DNA of 64,000 nt from Spirochaeta sp. (lineage in GTDB: Bacteria > Spirochaetota > Spirochaetia > DSM-27196 > Alkalispirochaetaceae): NCBI GenBank assembly GCA_007130865.1, contig SLRR01000104.1, positions 1,159 to 65,158 of the forward strand, written 5' to 3'. Position 1 is the stretch's first letter. Each line of letters begins with the position of its first letter. Positions 31,221 through 41,981 of the stretch are shown here, in pieces. The notes under the pieces are model-generated. The model was not told the origin of the DNA, did no database searches, and worked only from the letters and a program-made list of their open reading frames with translations. Made by a program: the position numbers and the translations under genes.

Positions 31221-32291
31221 ATGCCGAGTCACATAAGTCACGCCCTGCTGGTGGAAGCAGCGCTGGAATCACTCACTGTCGATCGGCTGGACTGTTCTCT
31301 TACGGACGATCCGCGGGTCCACTCCGTCACCCTCCTCGGATCGCAAGGACCGGATGTCTTTCTCCACAATCACCGTCGAAAGCCGCGGGCGTTCCGCTAC
31401 GGCGCGCTCCTCCATCGCAAGGGGAACGCCGGACTCGTTTCCAGTCTCGCTCGTTCAGCTGCGGAAATACGCGTATTTGATCCGACCGACGACGACCGGA
31501 ACCGCGCGTTCCTCGAGGTGGCGGCGTTTACTCTGGGGTATATCAGTCACGTCTGGCTGGACAGGATCATGCATCCCTATATCAACTATTCCGCAGGATG
31601 GCGGGGCGTGCCGGACCGCGATCCCGACCGGCCCGCGATGCACGCCTTTCTCGAACGGATCATCGACGTACAGCTCCTCAGGTATCGGTGTGGCTTATCC
31701 GTGCAGGAATTCCGTTTTTTTGAGCGCCTGCCCTCCTCCAGTGACGACCTGGCGATTCTCCGCACGCACGTCGCCCGGGCGATCCGCTCGTCCCTGCGCA
31801 GTGCCGGCGACGATCACCTGCTGGAACAGCGCCTGGCGAACGCGCTCTTTGACAGTCTCAGTTATTACCGGCACACCGAATCACCATCACCGGAATACTT
31901 CTTTCTCGGCCGGGCCCGGGAACGGGAAGGATCGATCAGCTCCCGGTGGCTCTCTGTTGTACATCCTCCCGAGGAGCTGATCACGCTGGACGGACTCAAC
32001 CGGGTTCACCGTTACTGGCAGCATCCCTGCGATCCCAGCCGGACAAGTCACGCTTCCGTCCCGGACTTATTTGATCGGGCGCGAAAAAAAACGATAGAGG
32101 TATTCCTCCTCTGGTGGGACGCGACCGGTTCACCGGAAAACCCGGAACGAACACGCGTTCTCGAAACCGCCCTGGGAGAGGAAAACCTCAACGACGGTAT
32201 CACCGGTGATCCACCGTGCCGCCGGCAGGTCTGCGACCCGCTGCCCCTGCTCACCTTGTACCGGCAGATGAAACGCGCGTTCGACCGGTAA
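31221..32291 (+). CDS. Zinc-dependent phospholipase C family protein
   Basis: MPxxxxH, LGSQGPDVF, GYISHVWLD..HPYI, HAFLERIID. Confidence 0.8.
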   Translation: MPSHISHALLVEAALESLTVDRLDCSLTDDPRVHSVTLLGSQGPDVFLHNHRRKPRAFRYGALLHRKGNAGLVSSLARSAAEIRVFDPTDDDRNRAFLEVAAFTLGYISHVWLDRIMHPYINYSAGWRGVPDRDPDRPAMHAFLERIIDVQLLRYRCGLSVQEFRFFERLPSSSDDLAILRTHVARAIRSSLRSAGDDHLLEQRLANALFDSLSYYRHTESPSPEYFFLGRAREREGSISSRWLSVVHPPEELITLDGLNRVHRYWQHPCDPSRTSHASVPDLFDRARKKTIEVFLLWWDATGSPENPERTRVLETALGEENLNDGITGDPPCRRQVCDPLPLLTLYRQMKRAFDR

Positions 32292-32293
32292 CG

Positions 32294-35200
32294 TCAGTCT
32301 TTGCTCTCGGGATCGTACGCGAGGACCGGCTGCAGCCAGCGTTGTGCCTGATCCAGGCTTACCTCTTTCCGGCGAGCCCAGTCCCGTACCTGGTCCAACT
32401 GGAGTTTACCCACCCCGAAATACTGGCTCTGGGGATGAGCAAAATAGTATCCACTTGTTGCCGCCGCGGGGATCATCATGAAGCTCTCCGTCAGGTCCAT
32501 ATCCAGCTTGTCCGCTTCCAGCATCTCAAAAAGTTGCTTCTTATCGTGGTGGTCGGGACAGGGCGGATAACCCGGCGCCGGCCGGATTCCCTGATACCTG
32601 ACCGCAAACAGGTCCGGCTTTGACATGTTCTCATCGGGAGCGTAGCCCCACCAGGTGGTGCGCACTTCCTCGTGCAGGCGTTCCGCGAACGCTTCCGCCA
32701 ACCGGTCGGCCAGTATCTTCGCCAGGATCTCCTTGTAGTCGTCCCCTTCATCCCTGAATTTCTGCACGTACTGCTCGAGTCCAAACCCGGCATTGGTACA
32801 GAAGCCGCCGATGTAGTCGGGGACACCGGAGTCCCGGTCCGCCACAAAATCGGAGAGCGAGAGGTAATAGCCGACCTTTTCCTTTTTCTTCTGCTGTCGG
32901 AGCGTGTGCCACCGGCCGATCACCTGGTCCCGCGATTCATCACCGTATATCTCAATCGTATCGTCCGGCGTCCGCGCGGCGGGATACAGGAAGATCGACG
33001 CGCGCGCTTCTATCATCCCGGAGTCTATCATATCCTGCAGCATCTCCCGGGCGTCGTCGTAAAGCTTCCGCGCTTCCTTTCCGACCTCGGGGTCGTCAAA
33101 GATCTCCGGGTACCGGCCGTGCATCTGCCACGCCACAAAAAAGAACGTCCAGTCGATGTACTCCGCCAGAATCTCCAGGGGATACTCGCGGAACTGTTTT
33201 ACCCCGAGCATCTTCGGGACCGGTGGCGGTGCGGAGAAATCCGGCCGAAACCGTTTCTCCCGGGCTTCCTCGATCTTGAGAAATTCCTTGTCCTGAACTT
33301 TCTCCGCCCGTTTTCGACGCGTCTTCTCGTGGTCCGCCTCGATCTCCCGGGCGTATTCCTCCCGCCGTTCCCGATCGAGCAGGTTCTTTACGATACCCAC
33401 CGCCAGGGACGCGTCCTTTACGTGAACCACCGGCGCGTGGTACGCCGGTGCGATCTTCACCGCCGTATGGATCTTGCTCGTGGTGGCACCACCCACAAGT
33501 AGCGGCAGTTCAAACCCCTGCCGCTCCATCTCGGACGCCACGTATACCATCTCGTCTAGACTGGGCGTGATCAGACCGGACAGACCGATCACGTCAGCAT
33601 TCTCGCGTCGAGCGGTCTCCAGGATCTCCTCGGCGGGCACCATCACACCAAGATCCACGATATCGTAGTTGTTACTCGCCAGGACGACGGCGACGATGTT
33701 CTTTCCTATATCGTGGACGTCGCCCTTCACGGTTGCCATCAGCACCTTCCCCTTTGCGGAGGTGTCTCCGGCGGAAGCTTTCTCCTCTTCAATGAAGGGT
33801 GTCAGATACGCCACGGCCTGCTTCATCACGCGAGCGCTCTTCACCACCTGTGGAAGAAACATCTTACCCGATCCGAAGAGGTCGCCCACGATATTCATCC
33901 CGTCCATGAGCGGTCCCTCGATCACGTGGAGTGCCGCCGGAAGCTGCTGCCGTGCTTCCTCCACATCTTCCTCGATGTAGGAGGTGATCCCCTTGACCAG
34001 GGAATGGGCGAGACGCTTTCCCACCGGTTCTTCACGCCAGCTCAGATCCTCCGTACGGGAGCTTGAGCGACCGGCGTACCGGTCGGCTATCTCGAGTAGT
34101 TTCTCCGTGGCTTCCGGGTCCCGGTTAAGAACCAGGTCCTCGACCACCGTTTTCAACTCCTCGGGAATCTCGTCGTACACCGTCAGTTGTCCCGCGTTGA
34201 CGATACCCATGCTCATCCCCGCCTGTAGCGCGTGGTAGAGAAACACCGAGTGGATCGCTTCCCGGACAGCCTCCATTCCGCGAAAGGAAAAACTCACATT
34301 GCTGACGCCGCCGGAAACCTTTGCGTAGGGCAGATTTTCCCGGATCCATCGGGTAGCATCGATGTAGTCCACGGCGTAGTTCCGGTGTTCATCGATTCCC
34401 GTGCCGATCGCGAACACGTTAGGATCAAAGATGATATCTTCCGGTGGGAATCCAACCGTGTCGACGAGTATGCGGTAGCTGCGCTCGCAGATCTTCCGCT
34501 TGCGCTCCGCCGTGTCCGCCTGCCCTTCCTCGTCAAAAGCCATCACGATCGTAGCGGCGCCGTAATCAAGCACTTTCTGAGCCTGCTCGATAAAAGCTTC
34601 CTCCCCCTCTTTCAGGGAGATCGAGTTTACTATCGACTTACCCTGAACACACTTCAGTCCCGCCTCAATCACGGAGAACTTGCTGGAGTCGATCATTATC
34701 GGGACACGGCTTATATCCGGCTCGGTGGCTACCAGGTTAAGAAAGCGGGTCATCTCCGCTTCCCCGTCAAGCATCGCCTCGTCCATGTTGATATCGATCA
34801 CCTGCGCGCCGTTCTCCACCTGCTGCTGCGCTACGGATAACGCTTCCGCGTGGTCTCCTTCACGGATCAGACGGGCGAACTTCCGGGAACCCGTGATGTT
34901 GGTGCGCTCCCCGACGTTGACAAAACCGGTATGCTCGGCGATCTCCAGCGGTTCCAGCCCGGAGAGACGCATCGTATGCGGGTCCTCCCGGAGAGTGCGC
35001 GGAGCGTGATCCCGGCAAGCCTGGATGATCTGCTTCAGATGTTCCGGAGTAGTTCCGCAACATCCGCCCACAATATTCAGGAGGCCGTCGCCGGTCATTC
35101 CGCTGAGTACCTGCGCCATGTGTCCCGGTGTGTCGTCGTACTCGCCGAACTCGTTGGGCAGACCCGCGTTTGGGTGGACACTCACGGGGTATTCCGCCAC

Positions 35201-36004
35201 GCGCGAAAGCTCCTGCACGTGACGCCGCAACTGGTCGGCTCCCAGGGCGCAGTTAAGCCCTACCGAGAGCGGTTCCGCGTGTCGTACGGAGTAGTAAAAC
35301 GCCTCTGCGGTCTGCCCGGAGAGTGTCCGGCCGCTCTGGTCGGTAATCGTACCGGAAACCATTACCGGGATCGGCGTATCCGCTTCCCGGTTGTACCGCC
35401 GGATCGCGTAGACCGCGGCTTTTGCGTTGAGGGTGTCGAAGATCGTTTCCACCATGATCACGTCGACACCACCTTCGACGAGGCCTCTCAGAGCGTTATC
35501 GTAATCGCCGGCGAGCTCGTCAAAGGTAAGAGCCCGGAACCCCGGGTCGTTTACGTCGGGTGAGAGAGAGAGCGTCTTGTTGGTCGGGCCCAGGATGCCT
35601 GCGACAAACCGTCCTTTTTTTGGATCCTGCGCGGTGTATTCGTCGGCAGCCTCCCGTGCCAGCCGTGCACCGGCACGGTTCAGTTCTCTCACAAACTCCG
35701 GCTCCTGCAGACTGTAATCCGCTTGCGAAGTCGAGGTAGAGTTGAACGTGTTTGTCTCGATTATGTCCGCTCCCGCCTCAAGAAAGCTCGCGTGGATCTC
35801 GCGGATAAGGTCGGGACGTGTGATCGAGAGAAGGTCGTTGTTGCCCTTCATCTGTCCGGGGTGGTCGGCAAAACGCTCGCCCCGGTAATCCTGCTCTTCC
35901 AGTTTGTAGCCCTGGATACTCGTCCCCATTGCTCCGTCAAGAAACACTATCCGTTCCCGCAGCGCCTCTTTCAGCGCCGCAACTCGGTCGTTACGTGTGT
36001 TCAA
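32294..36004 (-). CDS. metH: Cobalamin-dependent methionine synthase
   Basis: [46 protein letters not shown]; likely TTG start with AAGGGG SD. Confidence 0.97.
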   Translation of the reverse strand: MNTRNDRVAALKEALRERIVFLDGAMGTSIQGYKLEEQDYRGERFADHPGQMKGNNDLLSITRPDLIREIHASFLEAGADIIETNTFNSTSTSQADYSLQEPEFVRELNRAGARLAREAADEYTAQDPKKGRFVAGILGPTNKTLSLSPDVNDPGFRALTFDELAGDYDNALRGLVEGGVDVIMVETIFDTLNAKAAVYAIRRYNREADTPIPVMVSGTITDQSGRTLSGQTAEAFYYSVRHAEPLSVGLNCALGADQLRRHVQELSRVAEYPVSVHPNAGLPNEFGEYDDTPGHMAQVLSGMTGDGLLNIVGGCCGTTPEHLKQIIQACRDHAPRTLREDPHTMRLSGLEPLEIAEHTGFVNVGERTNITGSRKFARLIREGDHAEALSVAQQQVENGAQVIDINMDEAMLDGEAEMTRFLNLVATEPDISRVPIMIDSSKFSVIEAGLKCVQGKSIVNSISLKEGEEAFIEQAQKVLDYGAATIVMAFDEEGQADTAERKRKICERSYRILVDTVGFPPEDIIFDPNVFAIGTGIDEHRNYAVDYIDATRWIRENLPYAKVSGGVSNVSFSFRGMEAVREAIHSVFLYHALQAGMSMGIVNAGQLTVYDEIPEELKTVVEDLVLNRDPEATEKLLEIADRYAGRSSSRTEDLSWREEPVGKRLAHSLVKGITSYIEEDVEEARQQLPAALHVIEGPLMDGMNIVGDLFGSGKMFLPQVVKSARVMKQAVAYLTPFIEEEKASAGDTSAKGKVLMATVKGDVHDIGKNIVAVVLASNNYDIVDLGVMVPAEEILETARRENADVIGLSGLITPSLDEMVYVASEMERQGFELPLLVGGATTSKIHTAVKIAPAYHAPVVHVKDASLAVGIVKNLLDRERREEYAREIEADHEKTRRKRAEKVQDKEFLKIEEAREKRFRPDFSAPPPVPKMLGVKQFREYPLEILAEYIDWTFFFVAWQMHGRYPEIFDDPEVGKEARKLYDDAREMLQDMIDSGMIEARASIFLYPAARTPDDTIEIYGDESRDQVIGRWHTLRQQKKKEKVGYYLSLSDFVADRDSGVPDYIGGFCTNAGFGLEQYVQKFRDEGDDYKEILAKILADRLAEAFAERLHEEVRTTWWGYAPDENMSKPDLFAVRYQGIRPAPGYPPCPDHHDKKQLFEMLEADKLDMDLTESFMMIPAAATSGYYFAHPQSQYFGVGKLQLDQVRDWARRKEVSLDQAQRWLQPVLAYDPESKD

Positions 36005-36029
36005 TACACAACCCCTTATGTAATTCATT

Positions 36030-36148
36030 GAAAACGGAGGACCCGTACAACACGAAGTCCTTACGGCCGGACAGGCTTCCAACCGCCACTGAACGGGAAG
36101 CATAGCGTTCTAAGCTTTATCGCCCCCTGCGAGGATGCATCATCCCGC
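36030..36148 (-). ncRNA. Candidate structured cis-regulatory leader of metH
   Basis: Three hairpins plus an alternative GTCC/GGAC pairing in the 5' region; family not recognised. Confidence 0.4.
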
Positions 36149-36157
36149 GGCACAAGT

Positions 36158-36187
36158 ATGACAAAAATTGGAATACAATGCTACACT
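36158..36187 (+). promoter_or_regulatory. Sigma-70 promoter, predicted leaderless
   Basis: ATGACA-18-TACACT-7-ATG(36195). Confidence 0.5.
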
Positions 36188-36194
36188 GCCGTCG

Positions 36195-37397
36195 ATGACG
36201 GAGCCGATCTACTACGACAACCCTATGGTACAGCGCTGCAAAGCGGTGATCACAACCTTCTCGGAAGACCGCCGAACGGTCGTACTGGACCGGACTTGCT
36301 TCTATCCCGAGGGGGGCGGACAGCCGGGAGACCGGGGAACGGTCGACCACCTGCCGGTAACGGGTACAACCGGGGAGCCCCATACGGGCGTTCTGCACCA
36401 CCTTGAAAAACCGCTCCCGGCCGATTACGGCCCGGGATCGACCGTCGAAGCGGCGCTCGACTGGTCCCACCGGTACGAGTATATGCAACAGCATACGGGA
36501 CAGCATCTTTTGTCAGGAGCGCTCTATCGCGTGGCTGAGATCACCACTATGAGCGTCCACCAGGGAGCGGAAGTCGTTACGATAGAAGTAGACGCCGAGG
36601 ATATTCCGGATTCCACGCTGCAACTGGTAGAGGACGAGGCCAATCGCGTAATCGCCCTGGACCGGCGCGTAAGAACGTTTGAAGTCGATCACGCCGATCT
36701 CGCCCGATACAGTCTCCGGCGCCCGACCGAGCGGAACGGCACAGTACGCCTCGTGGAGATAGAAGACTTTGATCTTGTAGCGTGCGGTGGCGTACACCTG
36801 CCCCGCACGGGGTTGCTCAACGTGGTGAAAACGGTCGGATCGGAGACGATCCGGGGCCGCCGACGATTGTCATTCAAGATCGGAGACCGTGCTCTCGCGG
36901 ACTATCGTCTCAAACACCAGGCGATCACCACTGCAGCGGAGCTCTTCTCGAGTCGGGCCGATCAGGTACCGGACCGGATCCGGTCGACCCAGGAAGAACT
37001 GCAGTCCCTGCACCGGACGGTCCGCAAGCAAGCGCAACGGATCGCCTCGCTCCTGCTGCCGGATGATATGGAGATGACAGGACCGTTCCATCTTGTTCTG
37101 GAAGACGAAGTCGAGGAGATCTTCAAAGCTTTGGCGGAACGCGCCACGGAGGACCCGCGACGTCGGATAGCGCTGGTAAACGTCCGTCCCGATGCCGTCC
37201 ATTGGGCGATCGTGGTGGGACCGGATTATCCCTTTCCGCAACAGGAGATCCGCGAACGCGTCCTGAAACCGGCAAGCGCAAAGGGCGGGGGTAAGCCACC
37301 GTTGTGGCGCGGCGTAATACCGGGACAGGGCAATCGCCGGGACGACCGGGAAGAGGCACGCCGTTTCATCAAGTCGTTCATCGGGATCTGGGAGTGA
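36195..37397 (+). CDS. Alanyl-tRNA editing protein (AlaX family)
   Basis: LDRTCFYPEGGGQPGDRG, MQQHTGQHLLS, ACGGVH, KGGG. Confidence 0.9.
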   Translation: MTEPIYYDNPMVQRCKAVITTFSEDRRTVVLDRTCFYPEGGGQPGDRGTVDHLPVTGTTGEPHTGVLHHLEKPLPADYGPGSTVEAALDWSHRYEYMQQHTGQHLLSGALYRVAEITTMSVHQGAEVVTIEVDAEDIPDSTLQLVEDEANRVIALDRRVRTFEVDHADLARYSLRRPTERNGTVRLVEIEDFDLVACGGVHLPRTGLLNVVKTVGSETIRGRRRLSFKIGDRALADYRLKHQAITTAAELFSSRADQVPDRIRSTQEELQSLHRTVRKQAQRIASLLLPDDMEMTGPFHLVLEDEVEEIFKALAERATEDPRRRIALVNVRPDAVHWAIVVGPDYPFPQQEIRERVLKPASAKGGGKPPLWRGVIPGQGNRRDDREEARRFIKSFIGIWE

Positions 37398-37400
37398 GAC

Positions 37401-37428
37401 ACCGCGGCTTTCTTTCCACGGCCGCGGT
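37401..37428. terminator. Hairpin between convergent alaX and mrpD
   Basis: accgcggc...gccgcggt. Confidence 0.35.
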
Positions 37429-37442
37429 CGTTATACCGTCAA

Positions 37443-39065
37443 CTATACCGTCACGTAGGTATAAGCCAGGAGCAGGACGAAAAACGTCGTCATAAACGCA
37501 GTGACATGGTTGAAGCTGAACTTGAACACCCGCACCGACAGCAGAAACCCACCGATTCTCTGGACAATATACTTGTACGCCAGCACTCCCACCGCCAGAG
37601 TTAACACAAAGGTAAAAATCTTCTCCAGGCTGAGCGCGCCGGTGGCGGCGTACTCCGGACCGAAGACCAGCGCCACGGTGGGACCTCCAAACACTCCTCC
37701 CGCGAGACATGCCAGCCCGAAAACTGCGGAAACGAGCGCTACAAAAGGATCGCGAACCGGGTTTTCCGCGATCGTGGGCTTCCCGAAGAGTATCGTCGAG
37801 TACTTCACGAACGACAGAATCGTACCAAAGTTTATAATGTAGAGCCCGATCTCCCCGAGATTCCCTTGCAGTCCCTGCTGGATGAAGTACTTGGATATAC
37901 TACCGTTGAAGAGCGGAGCTCCCGTGATACCGAGCACTCCTGCCAGTGTAGCGAGTCCGATCACGGGCATCCGCCGTAGGACCCCGCCGATCTCGTTATA
38001 TGCCCGCGTCCCGTACTCCTCGATAATGATACCCGCCGTGAGGAAGAGAAGTCCCTTGAACATCGCGTGGTTGATGATGTGGTACATCCCGCCCCAGAAC
38101 GCCACTTCCGTCCCGAGATTGAGCCCCATCACGATAAGACCTACCTGGCTGACCGTGTGATACGCCAGGATCAGCTTGATATCTTTCTGTGCGATCGCCA
38201 GGAGAAATCCTGCCACGGAGGTAAGAAAGCCTATGCCGAGAAAAAAGAGGCGCGCCTCGATCACCGGGCTGAAAACGATACCCAGGCGGACCAGCAAGTA
38301 AACACCGACCTTGACCTGTACCCCGGAAAGCACAGCGGAAACGATCGCGGGAGCGCTCGCCGCACCGTGCGCTCGCGGAAGCCACCCGAAGAGAGGCAGC
38401 AACGCCGCCTTGAGCGCTACGGCGGTCATGATCAGGGCATACGGCACGACCACGGTTCTTGGATCGTCGAGCATACCCAGGCGCGTTTCCATCACCGCCA
38501 GGTCGAGAACCCCGGTGATCCGGTAGATGTATCCGATCCCGAGAAGCATGAACGCCATGCCGATGAAGTTCATCATCAGATAAAGCATCGCGTCATAAAC
38601 CGCCTGCTTCTCCTTTTTATACATCATCAGGATCGCGATGATGAGCATACCCAGCTCGATCATGACGTATATGTTGAAGATATCTCCGCTCAGGAAGATG
38701 CCCAGTATCGAGGATTCCAGCAGCATGAACAAAAATATAAATATTTTGTCCATATAGATCGCTCGGGTACTGAACACGAACGTTCCCAGGACAAATACCG
38801 TGGTAAGCAGAATCATAGGCGCGGAAAACCGGTCCGCCACGAGTTTTATCGCGATGACTTCCGACCAGCCCGCGACAAGCTCGATGATCTCCGCACCCCA
38901 CCGGACGTGTGCAAAGATTCGGGCTGCCAGCAACACCAGGCCGATGTTCACTACAAGCATCATGAGCTGGTACCACCGGCGTGGCAGGAAAAATCCCACA
39001 GCGCCCGCCGCAACGGGAAGGAGGATCAGAATATGAAGTGGAATAAGGGGGATAGAGCCAAGCAC
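37443..39065 (-). CDS. mrpD: Mrp/Mnh antiporter subunit D (MbhH-like)
   Basis: GDIFNIYVMIE, KAALLPLFGWLPRAH, KLILAYHTVSQVG, NHAMFKGLLFL. Confidence 0.88.
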   Translation of the reverse strand: MLGSIPLIPLHILILLPVAAGAVGFFLPRRWYQLMMLVVNIGLVLLAARIFAHVRWGAEIIELVAGWSEVIAIKLVADRFSAPMILLTTVFVLGTFVFSTRAIYMDKIFIFLFMLLESSILGIFLSGDIFNIYVMIELGMLIIAILMMYKKEKQAVYDAMLYLMMNFIGMAFMLLGIGYIYRITGVLDLAVMETRLGMLDDPRTVVVPYALIMTAVALKAALLPLFGWLPRAHGAASAPAIVSAVLSGVQVKVGVYLLVRLGIVFSPVIEARLFFLGIGFLTSVAGFLLAIAQKDIKLILAYHTVSQVGLIVMGLNLGTEVAFWGGMYHIINHAMFKGLLFLTAGIIIEEYGTRAYNEIGGVLRRMPVIGLATLAGVLGITGAPLFNGSISKYFIQQGLQGNLGEIGLYIINFGTILSFVKYSTILFGKPTIAENPVRDPFVALVSAVFGLACLAGGVFGGPTVALVFGPEYAATGALSLEKIFTFVLTLAVGVLAYKYIVQRIGGFLLSVRVFKFSFNHVTAFMTTFFVLLLAYTYVTV

Positions 39066-39066
39066 G

Positions 39067-39420
39067 TTATTTCTCCAGCCGTCGGATGAGGATCTTCCAA
39101 TCCGCCGTGCCGTACCGGTAGGCAACGCGCATGTACATCGCCAGACACATCGCTATAACGGAAACGCCGATAACGATCGCGGTAATCATGAGCGCCTGAG
39201 GCACGGGATCCGCCATGTTTTCCACGGGTGTTCCGGAAACGGGCGGGCGTGCTCCCGGCTGGTAATTGGCCAGCATGAAGAACGTGATCGCCCCAAGGTC
39301 CATGATACCCACCGACATTATCGTCTTGATTATATTGCGTTGAGACATCGCACCGTACAAGCCGATGAAAAAGATCACCACCGCGAGATTGGAGATCGTG
39401 AGAAGTTCTACAATCGCCAT
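39067..39420 (-). CDS. mrpC: Mrp/Mnh subunit C
   Basis: NIIKTI, DPVPQALMITAIVIG. Confidence 0.9.
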   Translation of the reverse strand: MAIVELLTISNLAVVIFFIGLYGAMSQRNIIKTIMSVGIMDLGAITFFMLANYQPGARPPVSGTPVENMADPVPQALMITAIVIGVSVIAMCLAMYMRVAYRYGTADWKILIRRLEK

Positions 39421-39845
39421 GTTTTCCCAACCCCCTCAAAAAAGGCGAAGCGCAATACCGCTACACCGAGACCGAAACCGACCTGGACACCGATCAGTAT
39501 ATCCATCAGGGTGAGATAGTACGCGTTGTACTCGGGATAGCGACTGATCACCCCGGTAAACAGGACCAACAGCGGCGCAACGACGATCGCTGCGAGAAAG
39601 ATCCGCTGAAATGCGTGCAAGTACTCAGGGTTTGTATCGTCCACGGGGAATACCACGTAACGCGCGATGAAGAGTGACGCCAGGACGCTCCCCCCCTGAA
39701 AACCACCACCCGGCGTATAGTGCCCGTTGATGATAACGTGTATACCGAGCAGCAACATGAAAGGATAAAGAAATCCGATCGCCACCTGCAGGATTACAGA
39801 TTGTTCCGGTATATCCTGCGAACGTTCCATATCACTCATCGCCAC
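39408..39845 (-). CDS. mrpB: Mrp/Mnh subunit B
   Basis: GHYTPGGGFQGG. Confidence 0.88.
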   Translation of the reverse strand: MAMSDMERSQDIPEQSVILQVAIGFLYPFMLLLGIHVIINGHYTPGGGFQGGSVLASLFIARYVVFPVDDTNPEYLHAFQRIFLAAIVVAPLLVLFTGVISRYPEYNAYYLTLMDILIGVQVGFGLGVAVLRFAFFEGVGKTWRL

Positions 39846-40131
39846 CGCCTGAGTCCGTGGTCTCTACCGACTTCAGCTCTTGCGCGGACGGTAGAAACTG
39901 TTTCATCCCGATGATCGCGGTGAGCAGTATCAACGCCTCAAACATCGTATCGTACATGCGGTAGTTCAGGAGAATTGCGGCGATCGCATTGTGCGCAGCC
40001 GTGTCCTCTTCAAATCGAACTATCATATACTTATAGAGCGTCGGGTCCAGGCTCTCGTCGTGCTGATAGGTGATCAGGACTACCGCTATAAAAGCTGTCA
40101 AAACGAACAACGCGGATAACAGCGGTTTCAT
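39832..40131 (-). CDS. Mrp-associated small subunit (MbhE-like)
   Basis: NAIAAILLNYRMYDTMFE motif. Confidence 0.8.
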   Translation of the reverse strand: MKPLLSALFVLTAFIAVVLITYQHDESLDPTLYKYMIVRFEEDTAAHNAIAAILLNYRMYDTMFEALILLTAIIGMKQFLPSAQELKSVETTDSGGGDE

Positions 40132-40688
40132 ACGACCTCCTGGGGATTCTGAAGGGAAAAGCGCTCAAACCGCACGTTCGCGTCGGTGCCGTGAATGCGA
40201 AACATCAACTCCAGCTCTTCTATGACGAAGCTTTCGTCGGAACCATACAGAACGATCTCGTCCTTTTCCTCGAGTATCACCATATCAAACCGGGGATCCT
40301 TGAGGGCGTCCTCCAGCAGTTTCTCCGAGTAGACGATTTGCGGCTCGAACTCACGGAGTTCGAAGAAGCTATGAATCTCCTGAAGTGCTTTACTCCGCTC
40401 TATGTAGTTGATATACGCGTCGGTAAGGCGGTAACGGTGTCCTTCCGCGAGTACTGCGATCGTGAACACCCTGTTCCGTTTCAGTGCCGCCAGATATAAG
40501 AGCGTCACCAGACCACTGCCGATCACCGCCTCCGCGATCGCCAGTTCAGGAGCAGCGAAGAGCAGATACAGAAAAGCCGCGAGCAGAGAGAACACCGCCA
40601 GGTAAATCACCGCCAGACGCAGCAGCCGGCTGTGAATCGCGAGAAGAGCGAAGACTCCCATCAGGATGATCAAGCCCGTTTCAACCAC
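40128..40688 (-). CDS. DUF4040/MbhD-like subunit with soluble C-terminal extension
   Basis: APELAIAEAVIGSGL; about 100 aa hydrophilic tail. Confidence 0.78.
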   Translation of the reverse strand: MVETGLIILMGVFALLAIHSRLLRLAVIYLAVFSLLAAFLYLLFAAPELAIAEAVIGSGLVTLLYLAALKRNRVFTIAVLAEGHRYRLTDAYINYIERSKALQEIHSFFELREFEPQIVYSEKLLEDALKDPRFDMVILEEKDEIVLYGSDESFVIEELELMFRIHGTDANVRFERFSLQNPQEVV

Positions 40689-41010
40689 GGGATTCTTCCC
40701 CCTTTGGAACGGTAACGACACGGATCCTGTATCCGCTTACCCAGGCGGACCGGGCGATCGCGTGAGCACCGACGGAAACGGTGAGCAGCTCAAAAAGAAG
40801 AATCAACACCAGCTTGATCGAGACCACGGAAAACCCGGTCAGTAGAACCGCGCCCAGAATTACCGTGAAAAAACCCATTGCCTCGACCTTGGACGTCACC
40901 ACGATCCGTGCATAAAAGCCGTCCAGCCGCAGAACCGCGTACACACCAAACCCCGTTATCATCAGGCCCAGCAATATAACCGTCTGGCCCGCAAGTACGA
41001 TCAGATTCAT
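40681..41010 (-). CDS. mrpG: Mrp/Mnh subunit G
   Basis: RLDGFYARI, GAHAIARSA. Confidence 0.85.
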   Translation of the reverse strand: MNLIVLAGQTVILLGLMITGFGVYAVLRLDGFYARIVVTSKVEAMGFFTVILGAVLLTGFSVVSIKLVLILLFELLTVSVGAHAIARSAWVSGYRIRVVTVPKGEESRG

Positions 41011-41020
41011 CGGTACACCT

Positions 41021-41281
41021 CTAAATCACTCCCCGCCGCTCGACAAAACGCGCGAGCAATACCGTTACCAAAAATCCGAGCACCGCGAAGAGCAACGCCA
41101 GGTCGAGAAGATAGCTCTCCGGGATGGAAACCGCCACCATAACCACCGCCAGGGTAATCTTGCTCGCTCCGAGACCAATACCGAGCAGACGGTCCCAGAT
41201 CGTGGGACCGATGATCACCCGGATCAGGCTACCGAACGTCGAAAGTGCAAGGAGGCCCAGCACGAGGTCGAAAAAACTCAC
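41021..41281 (-). CDS. mrpF: Mrp/Mnh subunit F
   Basis: RVIIGPTIWDRLL, LARFVERR. Confidence 0.87.
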   Translation of the reverse strand: MSFFDLVLGLLALSTFGSLIRVIIGPTIWDRLLGIGLGASKITLAVVMVAVSIPESYLLDLALLFAVLGFLVTVLLARFVERRGVI

Positions 41282-41811
41282 GGTGCATCCTCCTCATGCG
41301 GTGCACGGGACTTCGTGAATACCCGCTCAAAACTACCCTTGATCTCCTCTGCCGCCTCGTCTGGATTGGTAGTTGTACAGTCGATCCAGATAACCTTGAA
41401 ACGTTGCTGATTATAATCGATCGTCACCGTGCCCGGGGTCAGGGTGATCGCATTGGCCACCAGCACACCGATGAGGCGATCGCTGATAGTCGTGGGAAGA
41501 TCCACCACCCCGACGTTGATTCTGTCGGTCACGGTTACGTAGATCGCGTGTACGCCGGATCGGAAAATCTCCACCACCAGCACGAGAACGTACTTGATGA
41601 TCGTAAATACGTTGATGTGATACCACTGGTGATAGGGCGCCCGCAGGAGAAAACGGTTGGTAATCACCAGGACGATGACGCTGAAGACAGCGCCCTGTAG
41701 AAGCGTTCCTGCGCTGAAGGACTCGTTCCAGATTCCCCAGACGACGGTGAGAACCAGAACTGCCGTAATAAAGCCGATAAAATTGTAACGGTTTCCGGAC
41801 AAATGTTTCAT
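41278..41811 (-). CDS. mrpE: Mrp/Mnh subunit E
   Basis: ANAITLTPGTVTID, IKGSFER. Confidence 0.88.
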   Translation of the reverse strand: MKHLSGNRYNFIGFITAVLVLTVVWGIWNESFSAGTLLQGAVFSVIVLVITNRFLLRAPYHQWYHINVFTIIKYVLVLVVEIFRSGVHAIYVTVTDRINVGVVDLPTTISDRLIGVLVANAITLTPGTVTIDYNQQRFKVIWIDCTTTNPDEAAEEIKGSFERVFTKSRAPHEEDAP

Positions 41812-41981
41812 ACCAGTGATGCTTTCGGTGCCGCAACAGAGTTGCAAGAATCTCGATCTTTTGTCAATGCTGCAGGGTACCTGGTCCGGTCGTTCTCCAG
41901 TTCAACGGGACGTATCCCCTTCACGCTTCGAGTTTCTGTACCGAGGCAAGCATAAACGTCATACCGGTGCGTACTGCCTGT

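Noticed and set aside
36084-36100. GCCACTG..GGGAAG, a cobalamin riboswitch-like fragment
   Set aside because: It is on the strand opposite metH and lacks the upstream GGGAA/GGTGC core and the B12 box
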